Source: Polyangiaceae bacterium (GTDB lineage: Bacteria > Myxococcota_A > Polyangia > Polyangiales > Polyangiaceae). From it: DNA of 64,000 nt. The DNA lies in NCBI GenBank assembly GCA_044376115.1, contig JBILLK010000007.1:224001-288000 (forward strand). Reading direction: 5' to 3'. This document shows, one piece after another, positions 29,540 through 39,024 of the stretch. The notes beneath the pieces were generated by a model. That model searched no databases, had not been told where the DNA came from, and saw only the letters and a program-made list of their open reading frames with translations. Positions within the stretch are counted from its first letter, which is position 1, and every line of letters starts with the position of its first letter. The translations under genes and the position numbers were made by a program.

Positions 29540-30730
29540 ATGCGCTCTTCGGCTTTGCTTTGCGTGGCTTTCGCGTTGCTTGCTCTCGGCCCGGCTTGCG
29601 GCGAAGAAACGCCTGAAGAAACGGTGACCGACACGACGCCGGAGCCCGAGCCGGAACCGGAGCCTACGGCGCCCAAACTCGGCCTCAACGACGTCTCGGT
29701 ACTGGTGCCGGTGCCGGCCTCCCCCGACACGCCGGGCTACCTTACGCCGCTGAGCGCCGGTGCCAAAGGCGAGCTCCTGCCCAAGGCCGTCTACGACGAG
29801 ATCCCCGAGTTCCCCGTCACCCCGTCGCAGGGCCTCAACTACGATCGCATGCGCGTCATCGGGCTCCGCTTCGATGGTTGCAACCTCAAGCCCACCGGCT
29901 GTGAAGCGCAGCTGCGGCTGGTGATGCAGCCGGTCACCACCGGCGGCAAAACGCGCGACTCGGCGCTGCATCTTTTCTACTCGCTGACCGACGAAGAGCT
30001 CGCGGAGCTCGTGCCCGAGCTGCGGCGTTTGCGCGGGCTCGCACCGGAGCTCGCCGACGCTCCGCTCGACGTGCACGCCGGGCTCGTCGCCCAAGGCATG
30101 CAAGGCGCCTACGGAACTGCGCTCAGCGAGCTGGTTCTCAGCCTTGCAGGCGAGCAGAACCTCACGCGCATGACCTTCTTTTTACGCGCTCCGCCGAGCA
30201 ACGAGGTGTGGTTCTTCGGCGGCTTCGAGCGCGAAAGCGGCGAGCTCACGATGATGGATATCGAGGGCGTCGGCATGGGCAATCAGCAGGTGTTGCGCAC
30301 CGAGATCGACGCTGGCTATGACTTCACCGTCAATCCCACCACGTCGGTGCCCAAGACCGAGCGCACGCTGCTCACCAGCGCTGCCGCAGCCGCTGCCACC
30401 GAGGAGGAGCGCAGCGCAGCCTTCGCGGCCTTCTTACAGGTGCAAAATCCACGCAAATTCTCGGCTGATGAGCTCAGCTGTGCCGGCTGTCACTTGGGTA
30501 CGTTTGTACTTGAGCAGACCAGCGCTGCGCACGGGCTGTCGGCGAGTGATTTCCCAGAGGACGCCTTCAGCTCGAGCTGGGATCTCTCGGTGCGTGGCGG
30601 CGCACCACAGAAGGCCTCCTCGCTACGCGCCTTCGGCTATTTCGATGCCGAGCCGATGATCGCGCAGCGGGTGGTGAACGAGAGCGCCGAAGTCGTCGAC
30701 GACCTCGAAAAGCGTTTTCCCGCCAAGTAA
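29540..30730 (+). CDS. Lipoprotein with single CxxCH heme motif
   Basis: GPAC lipobox; LNDVSVLVP; SCAGCH; LRAFGYF. Confidence 0.7.
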   Translation: MRSSALLCVAFALLALGPACGEETPEETVTDTTPEPEPEPEPTAPKLGLNDVSVLVPVPASPDTPGYLTPLSAGAKGELLPKAVYDEIPEFPVTPSQGLNYDRMRVIGLRFDGCNLKPTGCEAQLRLVMQPVTTGGKTRDSALHLFYSLTDEELAELVPELRRLRGLAPELADAPLDVHAGLVAQGMQGAYGTALSELVLSLAGEQNLTRMTFFLRAPPSNEVWFFGGFERESGELTMMDIEGVGMGNQQVLRTEIDAGYDFTVNPTTSVPKTERTLLTSAAAAAATEEERSAAFAAFLQVQNPRKFSADELSCAGCHLGTFVLEQTSAAHGLSASDFPEDAFSSSWDLSVRGGAPQKASSLRAFGYFDAEPMIAQRVVNESAEVVDDLEKRFPAK

Positions 30731-30782
30731 CCGCAGCGAACAGGCGCGTTCGAAGACCGGCCCGCGCTAGCATGCCGTCACC

Positions 30783-32219
30783 ATGAACACCGTGCGCGAC
30801 CTCAAGCGAATGCCCGACGTCGGCTTGCTTGGCAGCTTCGGCCCGTCCACGCCCGAGCGCCTGCAATTCCAACGTGAGCTGTCCAAGCTCGACGTACCGC
30901 TCGCGCGAGGTCGCATTCTTCACCTCTCGGTGGTGTTTCCGGCCAGCCCCGAGGCAGCCCACGAGGTGCTCGTCACCAAGGCCAAGAGCTTCGAGAAGTC
31001 GCCGGGAATTCGCGTGCTGCTCTACTTGCTCGCCGGCCAGGGCCTGTTCACCAGCGAGGGCGGTCTTTGGAAGCGGCAGCGCAAGCTGATGTCGCCGATC
31101 TTCCAGCCCGCTCCGATGCACCAATACGCAGAGACGATGCGGCTCGTAGCTGAGCGGGCTGCCGACGCGATGCACGCGGGCCAGCCGATCGATATTGCGC
31201 ACGAAACCACCCGCATCGCGATGAGCGTGGTCGGCAAGGCGCTCTTCGACGTGGATACCTTCGACGAAGCGGACGCGCTCGGTGGCGCGCTGACGACCTG
31301 TCTTTCGTGGGTGAATCGCAACCTCGCCAATCCAGCGCTGGTGGCGCACGTACTGATGCTCGACGCGACCGAAGCGCTGGCTGCAAAAACCAGCGGCGGG
31401 CTTTCGGCTTTCTTCAAACGCGCCCACGACAAAGTGGTGGAGCCCTTTCTGCTGCCCGGCGTGAACGACTACGAGCTGCGCTCGGCGGCGCAGCTGCTCG
31501 ATGAACGCATCCAGTCGATGATCGATGATCGCCGTAAAGCCGGATTTCAGCGCAAGGACCTGCTCACGCGGCTGCTGCTCGCCGAGGATCCTGAGCTGGG
31601 CGGTCGCATGAGCGACAAGCAGGTCCGGGACGAGGCCATCACCATCTTCGTCGCTGGTCATGAGACCACCGCCACCGCGCTCGCTTGGTCGTTCTATTTA
31701 TTGGCCCGCCACCCCGAGCATTTTGCGCGCGCGCAAGCCGAGGCCGACGCCTTCGGTGACGGGCCGATCGAGGAGTGGCAGCCGGAGAAGCTCGCCTTCC
31801 TCACCCGCGTCTTTCGCGAGACGATGCGGCTTTTCCCGCCGATCATGATGATGCCGCGGCGAACGTTGGAGGAGGTCGAGATCGCCGGCACCACGCTGCC
31901 GCCGCGCACCCTCGTGTTCGTCAGCGCCTATGCGCAACACTTCCGCGCGGACACCTACCCGAACCCCGACGCCTTCGACCCGGACCGCTGGCTACCGGAG
32001 CAAGAAGCAACTCGGCACAAGAGCTCGTATTTGCCGTTTAGTGCTGGTCCGCGCTTTTGCATCGGGATGCACTTCGCCATGATGGAAGGGCCGATCGTGC
32101 TCGCGACGCTGCTGCGGCGCTGGCGTTTCGAGATCGATCCCACGCGGGAGATCACCGAGGACGACTTCGCTACGCTGAGGCCGCGCGGCGGCGTGCCGGC
32201 TACGGTTCGGGCGCGTTAA
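30783..32219 (+). CDS. Cytochrome P450
   Basis: AGHETT I-helix, ETMR (ExxR), PDRW, FSAGPRFCIG heme motif. Confidence 0.95.
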   Translation: MNTVRDLKRMPDVGLLGSFGPSTPERLQFQRELSKLDVPLARGRILHLSVVFPASPEAAHEVLVTKAKSFEKSPGIRVLLYLLAGQGLFTSEGGLWKRQRKLMSPIFQPAPMHQYAETMRLVAERAADAMHAGQPIDIAHETTRIAMSVVGKALFDVDTFDEADALGGALTTCLSWVNRNLANPALVAHVLMLDATEALAAKTSGGLSAFFKRAHDKVVEPFLLPGVNDYELRSAAQLLDERIQSMIDDRRKAGFQRKDLLTRLLLAEDPELGGRMSDKQVRDEAITIFVAGHETTATALAWSFYLLARHPEHFARAQAEADAFGDGPIEEWQPEKLAFLTRVFRETMRLFPPIMMMPRRTLEEVEIAGTTLPPRTLVFVSAYAQHFRADTYPNPDAFDPDRWLPEQEATRHKSSYLPFSAGPRFCIGMHFAMMEGPIVLATLLRRWRFEIDPTREITEDDFATLRPRGGVPATVRAR

Positions 32220-32486
32220 GCTTCCTTGCTTAATCTGCTGCAGTTTGCAGAGCAGCATTCCGTCTAGACCACCAACGCATCTGCTCCGTCGAAGTGGGCC
32301 AACTCGGTTCGATCGGAAGCGCGCGTCCACACAAGGGCGCTCGTGGATTGAGCCTTCTTTGTTCGGAGATGATGAATGGAAATGACTCGTGCCAAGTCGA
32401 AGTTTCAATGGGCCTTCGGCCATTTTAGTTGCGGAGGGCGCGAGTCATTTCGCTTGCCTCATCCACCTTTGGTGGAATGGTTTGCG

Positions 32487-32717
32487 ATGGTTGCTTGTGC
32501 CGCTGCTGCGTTTTCCCTCGTTGCATGCGGGGACAGCGGTAGCTCGTCGGCTGGGTCGTCGGGCGACACGAATGAGACGACTGACTCAAGTGTGTTCGAG
32601 TGTTGTTTGAACGGCTCGTTCTACGATTGCCCCGATCAAGACGCGCTCAATCAATGCGGCGATCTCGATCCCTCGGGGTGTTCCTCCGACTCCTCGCGCG
32701 ATTCAGAGTGTGAGTGA
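32487..32717 (+). CDS. Small acidic Cys-rich lipoprotein
   Basis: LVAC lipobox; CCLNGSFYDCP...C...C...C; start uncertain (32376 also open). Confidence 0.6.
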   Translation: MVACAAAAFSLVACGDSGSSSAGSSGDTNETTDSSVFECCLNGSFYDCPDQDALNQCGDLDPSGCSSDSSRDSECE

Positions 32718-32737
32718 TTGAGGAGCCGGCCTGCTGC

Positions 32738-33688
32738 CTAGCGCGTCGTGCGCTGACGTAGCGGTGCTGGCTTGGGCAGGTCGGCCTTGGGTGGCGGTTC
32801 GAAGGGGCTGCCGCTCAGGGCCGCGCCCGTATCGGGTTGCGGAATCTTCGTCGATTGCCCAGCCCCAACGACGACGAAGTCGAGCTCCGGGTCGCGCAGT
32901 CGTTCGCTCTTGTTGGCGGCGTCCACCATCCAGGTTTGGCTGTGGGCGAGCCCGACCGGCGTGATGAACAAGTAGAAGAGGCCGTCGTAACGAGCGAAGG
33001 CCCAGGCTGATGGCACGCCGTAGTCGGCGAGCCGCATCAGCGCCGAAGGGCGATGCGTCGCGCGATCGATTTGGTCGAGCCGAGCGGCCGCAGTGCCCGC
33101 TCCGTACTCACGCGGCGTTAGCATGAACAGCTTGGCGTCCGAGCCACCGGCGAGCTCGGCCTTGAACGGCGTTCGATCGAGATGTTCGACCCGCAAGGAG
33201 TTGGTGTCGACGTTCGCAAGGCCAAACGCCGGGCTAGCAATGAACAGACGCTCTTGTTCCGAGCGCCTGCTCTCGGCCGTGAAGGCCATTCCCAACATGG
33301 TGTTGGAGCTGGGATGGACGTAGTCGGTCGGGGTGCACGAGGCATCGCGGGTGCTGACGCGATAGAGCTTGCCGGAGCTGAAGAACACCCACGCCATACC
33401 CTCGCGATCCACCGCCATCGATTGCGGCGAGCCCTTCGAATCGCAGGCGAGAGTCCCGACCAGCTGATAGGCGGCGAGCCCGGGGACCGTTGGATCGAAG
33501 GCGAAGAGCTGCGACTCGATCGTGACGACGTAGATCACATCGAGCCTGCGTGACGCCGGCTCCGGCTCCGGTTCCGGCTCCGACTCGAGCCCGCGCTTGC
33601 GCTTCGTGGCTTCGTTGCACGAACAACCGCCGAGCATGCTCAACGCCAGCAGGAAAAACGCGCCAAAGCGACGTGTGAAGCCACTCAC
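32738..33688 (-). CDS. Beta-propeller-like lipoprotein
   Basis: LGGC lipobox; IYVVT...LFAFDP, SMAVDREG.AWV, VVGAGQST; start uncertain. Confidence 0.65.
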   Translation of the reverse strand: MSGFTRRFGAFFLLALSMLGGCSCNEATKRKRGLESEPEPEPEPASRRLDVIYVVTIESQLFAFDPTVPGLAAYQLVGTLACDSKGSPQSMAVDREGMAWVFFSSGKLYRVSTRDASCTPTDYVHPSSNTMLGMAFTAESRRSEQERLFIASPAFGLANVDTNSLRVEHLDRTPFKAELAGGSDAKLFMLTPREYGAGTAAARLDQIDRATHRPSALMRLADYGVPSAWAFARYDGLFYLFITPVGLAHSQTWMVDAANKSERLRDPELDFVVVGAGQSTKIPQPDTGAALSGSPFEPPPKADLPKPAPLRQRTTR

Positions 33689-33698
33689 GAGCGGTAGC

Positions 33699-34325
33699 TT
33701 AGACCGTCTTTCGACTGCTGGCCTTGCCCTGGTAACCAAAGCTCAACCAGCGAGGCCCTTCGCTGTATTGGGACAACCGTTGATCGAGCCCAAACCCGGC
33801 TTGCTCGAGGCTCGCGAAGGGATCGCGGTTGAGCTGACAGCCGCCGCTGACGCGACTCCACAAGGGCGTCAAACGATCTTGCCAGCGCCTGGCATCTGCA
33901 TCCGGCGCGCGACCGTGTTCAGCGAAGTAGAGCTCCCCGCCGGGGATGAGCACGCGGCGCAGTTCGGTGAGCGCAGCCGCTGGCTCGGGGATGCTGCAAA
34001 GCGAATAGGTGATCACTGCCGAATCGAAGCTGTTGTCTGCGAACGGCAGCTTCTCTGCGCGGGCCTGCAAGAGCTCCACCGGAACGGCGGCAGCGCTCGC
34101 GCGCGGACGCGCTTTGGCCAAAAGCGCAGCCGAAGGATCAATCGCCGTCACCGAGCGTGCCCGCGCTGCGTCGTAGAATGGGAGATTCAAGCCCGAACCG
34201 ACGCCAAGCTCGAGCACCCGGCCGTGCGCTTGCGGGATCCAGCGTTTGCGTTCCTCGCGGATCACGTGGTTGCGGCAGGCCTTCTCGATCAGCAGCGGCA
34301 ATACGCGATCGTTCCAAAAGCTCAT
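33699..34325 (-). CDS. Class I SAM-dependent methyltransferase
   Basis: VLELGVGSGLN, LPFADNSFDS, LCSIP, RVLIPGG. Confidence 0.9.
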   Translation of the reverse strand: MSFWNDRVLPLLIEKACRNHVIREERKRWIPQAHGRVLELGVGSGLNLPFYDAARARSVTAIDPSAALLAKARPRASAAAVPVELLQARAEKLPFADNSFDSAVITYSLCSIPEPAAALTELRRVLIPGGELYFAEHGRAPDADARRWQDRLTPLWSRVSGGCQLNRDPFASLEQAGFGLDQRLSQYSEGPRWLSFGYQGKASSRKTV

Positions 34326-34389
34326 GGCCTTCCCTAGTCGCGGCGCCCGGTGCTGGAAAGAAAGGAAGGTAGCGACCGCCGCCGCACCC

Positions 34390-34842
34390 CTAACGTGACG
34401 CATTGAAGCGCAGCGAACGCGCGAGCTCTTGGGCGGCTGGAATGAGCGTCAGGATAACGCTGCGTTCGCCGGGCCCGGCGAGGTTCACCACGTCACGTCC
34501 GTTGGTGGCGAAGATCTCGAGCACGACTTCGCCGCCCATCCCCACCGTCTCAAAAGAGCCGCCAGCGATGAAGAGCGGACCTTCTTCGGTATCGAGCGTC
34601 TCACTCCACGCGTTGAACGGCTTGGAGGCCCAGTTCTGTTCGCGCAGGAAGGCCAACATCCCTTGCTCGGTTAGCGGGTGATCCCCCGCGGTCTGGGTGC
34701 GCGCGTTGAGAAATACGCCGTGAGCCTTCGAGCGGAGATACACGCCGAAATCGCGCACGTGCTCGGGCGGTTGCTCATCGGCGAGCCAAGCCTCAGCGGG
34801 GTCGAGCGAGAAGTTGTGCGGTTCGGGAAGCTGAAGGCGCAT
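34390..34842 (-). CDS. Hypothetical protein
   Basis: 150 aa ORF in a tight co-oriented run of genes. Confidence 0.6.
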   Translation of the reverse strand: MRLQLPEPHNFSLDPAEAWLADEQPPEHVRDFGVYLRSKAHGVFLNARTQTAGDHPLTEQGMLAFLREQNWASKPFNAWSETLDTEEGPLFIAGGSFETVGMGGEVVLEIFATNGRDVVNLAGPGERSVILTLIPAAQELARSLRFNASR

Positions 34843-34848
34843 TGAACT

Positions 34849-36051
34849 TCAGCGCGCCGTTACGAACTGAAACCGCTGGTTGTCGCTCTCGTGGCAGTCG
34901 AACTGAATCGCCTTGGCCGAGGCTTCTCTTTTGCCCTCAGCAATGTCGATGCAGCGGCCGCTGTGGCGCGCCGCAAGCCGGAAGTCAGCACCACCCATCG
35001 ACTGCAGCGAGAAGGTTTGGTTGGCTGCTGCACCGCAAGGCCACTGCTTCAGCGCGGCTTGGTTCTCCTTGTTGGCCCCTTCGACGTCGAAGCACATCCC
35101 GGTGTGATCCGCGGTGATCATCACGCCTTTGTCCTGGATCCAGAGCTTGAAGCGTTGATGCGCGCTGCCATCGCAGGGCGCCTGCACGAGATCGGTGCCC
35201 TGGTCGCGGGCGCCACGAGCGACCTCGAGACAGAGACCGCTGTGTTTGGCCACGATGTTGTACCCGATGCCCTCCATCGGCATGGTGGCGGCTTGCTGCC
35301 GTTCGATCGGCACCGTGGGCGAGGTAGGTGAGGGCGTTGGCGGGACGGGCACTGGCGCTACAGGCTGTGCGCCATTGGAGCCGGCGCGCGGATTGCTGCC
35401 ACCAAAAGCGTCGAGACAACGGTTCGCCGCTGCAAAAATGTCCTCGCGAATACCCTGCGGCGCTGTCTCGGTGCGGCGCGGCCCACGGTCTTCCCAGGTT
35501 TGATAGAGCTTCAAATCGCGACCACCGTGGAAGAAGGCGAGCCTGCGATGCAGGCCTTCTTCACGTGAGGCCGAGAACCACAGAATGATCTGCCCGGCGG
35601 CATTGAAGGCGTACTCGAAGCTGACGTCGTCGTAGTTGATCATCAGCCGCCGCACCATGCGGTTGTCGTCGAAGACGAGACACTTGTGGCCGTTGGCCTG
35701 CACGGTCTTCGAGCTGTACTCCTTGTCCACCGCCTTGCGCAGCACGATGGCCGACTCTCGCCCGACCCATCCGGCCGAGAACTTTGCTGGCTCATTCGGG
35801 CTGTGCTCCTCGCCTGAGAAGCTCAGTACGCCGTCATCGCCGCCCTCCGGATCATCGAGATCGGCGAACACGTTGAAGCCGTCTTCCCCGAGGATGCCGC
35901 CAAAGCCTTCTTTGGTGGAGTCACGCAGCTTCGTCTTTTTGGCCTTCTTCGACGAGCGCTCTTCGCTCGAGTCGTCGGACTGCTTCTTCTCTGCCTTGCA
36001 ACCAACGCTGCAAAGCGCCCCCATCAGCACAGCCAACCCGAGAACTCGCAT
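34849..36051 (-). CDS. Lipoprotein with C-terminal ricin B (RICIN) lectin domain
   Basis: SVGC lipobox; three HSG.CL/QxF subrepeats (HSGLCLEV...HQRF, HTGMCFDV...NQTF, HSGRCIDI...NQRF). Confidence 0.85.
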   Translation of the reverse strand: MRVLGLAVLMGALCSVGCKAEKKQSDDSSEERSSKKAKKTKLRDSTKEGFGGILGEDGFNVFADLDDPEGGDDGVLSFSGEEHSPNEPAKFSAGWVGRESAIVLRKAVDKEYSSKTVQANGHKCLVFDDNRMVRRLMINYDDVSFEYAFNAAGQIILWFSASREEGLHRRLAFFHGGRDLKLYQTWEDRGPRRTETAPQGIREDIFAAANRCLDAFGGSNPRAGSNGAQPVAPVPVPPTPSPTSPTVPIERQQAATMPMEGIGYNIVAKHSGLCLEVARGARDQGTDLVQAPCDGSAHQRFKLWIQDKGVMITADHTGMCFDVEGANKENQAALKQWPCGAAANQTFSLQSMGGADFRLAARHSGRCIDIAEGKREASAKAIQFDCHESDNQRFQFVTAR

Positions 36052-36149
36052 TATGGCTCCTCAGCGTGGACCAAGCGTCCCACTGCCGCCTTATCAAAAG
36101 GCAGCCAGGGGCTTTTGTCGATGACCGATCGATTTCCGCCGAGCAAGAG

Positions 36150-38915
36150 TCACTGCGTCACTCCCGCTTCGCACACACGTTCTTGTTTCGACACGGCTCC
36201 AAGCGCTCGCTCTACGCGCTCGAACAGCCCATCTCCGTCCAGATCCACTGAGAAGTAGCGCGAGCCCAGGTCCCTCGGGGTTGCGGAACAATAGGGTGCT
36301 GGCGCTAGGTCTGGGTCGATGGTGAAGATGTTATTGCACGCGACAAACTCTGTCTCACTCAGCCAGAACGGCTCGGCCCAGTCTGAGCCTATGCACGCTG
36401 CGTCTTCAACCAGCTTCAGAGCCCACTCTGTCGCACCTTCGTAGACGAGTCCCACTGTTACTCGACCGCCGCTCTGCTTCACGAGCACAAAACCTCCCAC
36501 TCCGTTGATCGCTGCGCTTTGGGTGGGCACTGCTAGCAGATACTTGGCGTCGTTTGCGGCGAGCGCGGGCGCGGTCGGAGTCTTCTCCAACAAGGCAAGT
36601 GCGGAAGCGTCGTAGATGCGGAGGCCTTCGTCATCCCAGACCGCGACGTTGCCGGTCTCGGTCCGAACGAGCTGACCTCCCAGGCCCAACGTGACCGCAG
36701 TGGGCTCCTCCGTTACTTGGTTGGCGCTTACCTTCAGTCTCACCGCCTCGGTTGCACCGGCTTTGTCGATGAAGACCAAGGCTAGGTCCTCTGCGTCGGC
36801 GTTGGCGCCCGCCAGCGGTACGACCTTCTGAATCGTGCCGCCCAACGAAAAGGGCGACGTCAGCTGCCGATTCGAGTCACCAAACAACGCGCCGATCGAG
36901 CCGTCGCAGGCTTCTCCAGGGGTTGGGCAATTGCTTCGAAAGAAGGCAACGTCCTCGACGCCATCACGCTGCAGCACGAGGTGGCTGGGCAGCATCTGAT
37001 CGATACAGGCCCCGGAGCCTACGGGGATCGGGCTCTCGAGCTTCGACCCGCCGTAGAGCACGAGGAGCTGTCCGTCGTCGTTGGTGCAATCGCCACTCCC
37101 AACTGTGCGTATCACCGCATCCTTCACGCCATCACTGTCGAGATCGGCAAAGACAACCTCTCTCGCCTTTGCGCTCGACTCCGGGGGAGTAACGTTGAAG
37201 GACACCTCAGCGAAGGGGACGGTGGGCCCACCAAGCAGCACAACGATGCGGTCGTCCTTACTTCCCACAAGGTCCGCTAGCCCGTCCCCGGTGAGATCCT
37301 CCGCACCCAAGACCTGGTCCAGCGATGACAACGTCGCGATCTGGGATGGGTAACTCAAAATGATTCGCGGTGGGTTCTCGTTGGTTGCGTAGTCTTCTTC
37401 GCCGTCCCCGGTCACATCACCCTGCTGAATGAAGCCGATGGCTTCCAGATCGACGTCGTTGGGAAGCGGGAACACAAAGGCCGTCGAGGCCAAGAAGGCA
37501 GTCTTGCGAACGCAGCCCGCTTCGTCGGTCCCGCAGTTGCCGAGACCGGTGTGATGCGCGCCGAAGAGACCGACGTACTGCTCACCGCCCAACGTAAATC
37601 GGACGAAGAAGCCCAGCGACGAGCCGTACCCCGCCGATGGTTGGGCTGATGCAAAGGCAATCTCGAGCGGTTCGATCGTCAGGATGCATTCGGCTGGGCA
37701 CCCGTCACCCACTTGAGGTTCCACGTCGCAGTCCGCCCAGCAGGGGAGGCTGCAATCACACGCGGAGTCGGGCTCACCGCCAAAGACGCAAAACTTGTGG
37801 CACGCTTCGGTCTGACTGCAGCATGCGGGTACGGGGTAACACAAGTCTGGGTCACAGCCAGCGGCGATCGTCTTCGTCGAGAAATCGAAAAGCTCGATGG
37901 TGGGCGATAGCTCTGGTGAAGCGGGCGCGTCTACCGCGATGCCCAAAAGCGTCGACGTCGCCGGCACCGTGAGGCCAAACGGCACTACGCTGGACTTCAG
38001 CCAAGAATCTGCCGGCAAGTTCGCGTTACTGTAGATGCTGAAGGGCACCACCGACCCGGCCACCAACTTGAAGTTGGTCCCCGCCGGGAGTTTGGCGCTG
38101 CAATCGAAGCCGTCGTCAGCTCGGCGACAGATCGAAACGTCGGTCCCGGCCCTTGAGATGTAAGCGACGTCCGCAAGGTTGGTTCCAGCTTCTGCAGGGA
38201 TCGGTACGAGCCTTGGCGCGCGCGCTGCTTCGACGGCCGGAGAATTCACCTCGGTCTTTGCAGGGGTTTGGATCTGCGTAAGAAAGACCCCGTTCTCCTC
38301 CCGGAGATAGTTCACCGAGTTCGCCGTCTCCTCACCGTTCGCGGTGCGGCTCCTCACCGGCAGAATCATGTGGTTGCCCGAAAGCGGTTCGACTGCATCG
38401 GCGCGCGGGCGCGGATCGCTCGACATGGTTGAAGCCTCAGCGGGAGCGGCAAGCCCTTCGGCAGCGCCGAGCAAACTCTCGCTGCTTTCAATACCGCCCT
38501 CCGAGTCGAGCGTTGCCAGCGTCAGATCTGGCCCGTTGCGGTACAACGCGACCACCGAGCCATCGCTGTTTTTGCGCAATTGGAGGAGCTCGCCACGGCT
38601 CTCCCCGCCGCGGTCAAACACGGCGGTGGCCGCATAGCAGGCTTCGTCCAGGCCAAAGTGCAGGCCGGGCGGGCAGTCGCCGGTGTTATCGGGCACGAAT
38701 TGGCAGGGGTTCGTTTCGCCTGGCTTTCCACAATTGTTCCCGTCCGCGGTCACACCGCCGGGGGCGTCGCAGGCCTCACCCTGGTCGACGACTCCGTCCC
38801 CACACACACCGCCCGTGCGCTCGTTGAGGGTTGCACAAGCGCTGAAAGCGAGAAGCCATGCGCTGCCTACGATCCTAGCGAGTGATGCTAGCGGCTGCTG
38901 ATAGGGGCCGTTCAT
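36150..38915 (-). CDS. FG-GAP/VCBS repeat Cys-rich lipoprotein
   Basis: FSAC lipobox; CGDGVVDQGEACD; GDVTGDG, DLTGDGLADL, DLDSDGVKD, DLDGDG Ca-binding loops. Confidence 0.75.
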   Translation of the reverse strand: MNGPYQQPLASLARIVGSAWLLAFSACATLNERTGGVCGDGVVDQGEACDAPGGVTADGNNCGKPGETNPCQFVPDNTGDCPPGLHFGLDEACYAATAVFDRGGESRGELLQLRKNSDGSVVALYRNGPDLTLATLDSEGGIESSESLLGAAEGLAAPAEASTMSSDPRPRADAVEPLSGNHMILPVRSRTANGEETANSVNYLREENGVFLTQIQTPAKTEVNSPAVEAARAPRLVPIPAEAGTNLADVAYISRAGTDVSICRRADDGFDCSAKLPAGTNFKLVAGSVVPFSIYSNANLPADSWLKSSVVPFGLTVPATSTLLGIAVDAPASPELSPTIELFDFSTKTIAAGCDPDLCYPVPACCSQTEACHKFCVFGGEPDSACDCSLPCWADCDVEPQVGDGCPAECILTIEPLEIAFASAQPSAGYGSSLGFFVRFTLGGEQYVGLFGAHHTGLGNCGTDEAGCVRKTAFLASTAFVFPLPNDVDLEAIGFIQQGDVTGDGEEDYATNENPPRIILSYPSQIATLSSLDQVLGAEDLTGDGLADLVGSKDDRIVVLLGGPTVPFAEVSFNVTPPESSAKAREVVFADLDSDGVKDAVIRTVGSGDCTNDDGQLLVLYGGSKLESPIPVGSGACIDQMLPSHLVLQRDGVEDVAFFRSNCPTPGEACDGSIGALFGDSNRQLTSPFSLGGTIQKVVPLAGANADAEDLALVFIDKAGATEAVRLKVSANQVTEEPTAVTLGLGGQLVRTETGNVAVWDDEGLRIYDASALALLEKTPTAPALAANDAKYLLAVPTQSAAINGVGGFVLVKQSGGRVTVGLVYEGATEWALKLVEDAACIGSDWAEPFWLSETEFVACNNIFTIDPDLAPAPYCSATPRDLGSRYFSVDLDGDGLFERVERALGAVSKQERVCEAGVTQ

Positions 38916-39024
38916 GCCCCAAATCTCTTGCACTCGAGGACCCGCGTCTAGGGCCGGTGCGCCACGCTCGGCTTGTCTGCGTAGATGTGGTTCAATAAGC
39001 ACTGCTTTTGCCGCGGAGGTTTTC

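Noticed and set aside
32379..32394. Minus-strand TGGCACG sigma54-like box
   Set aside because: No GC at -12, and it points into the 3' end of the P450 gene
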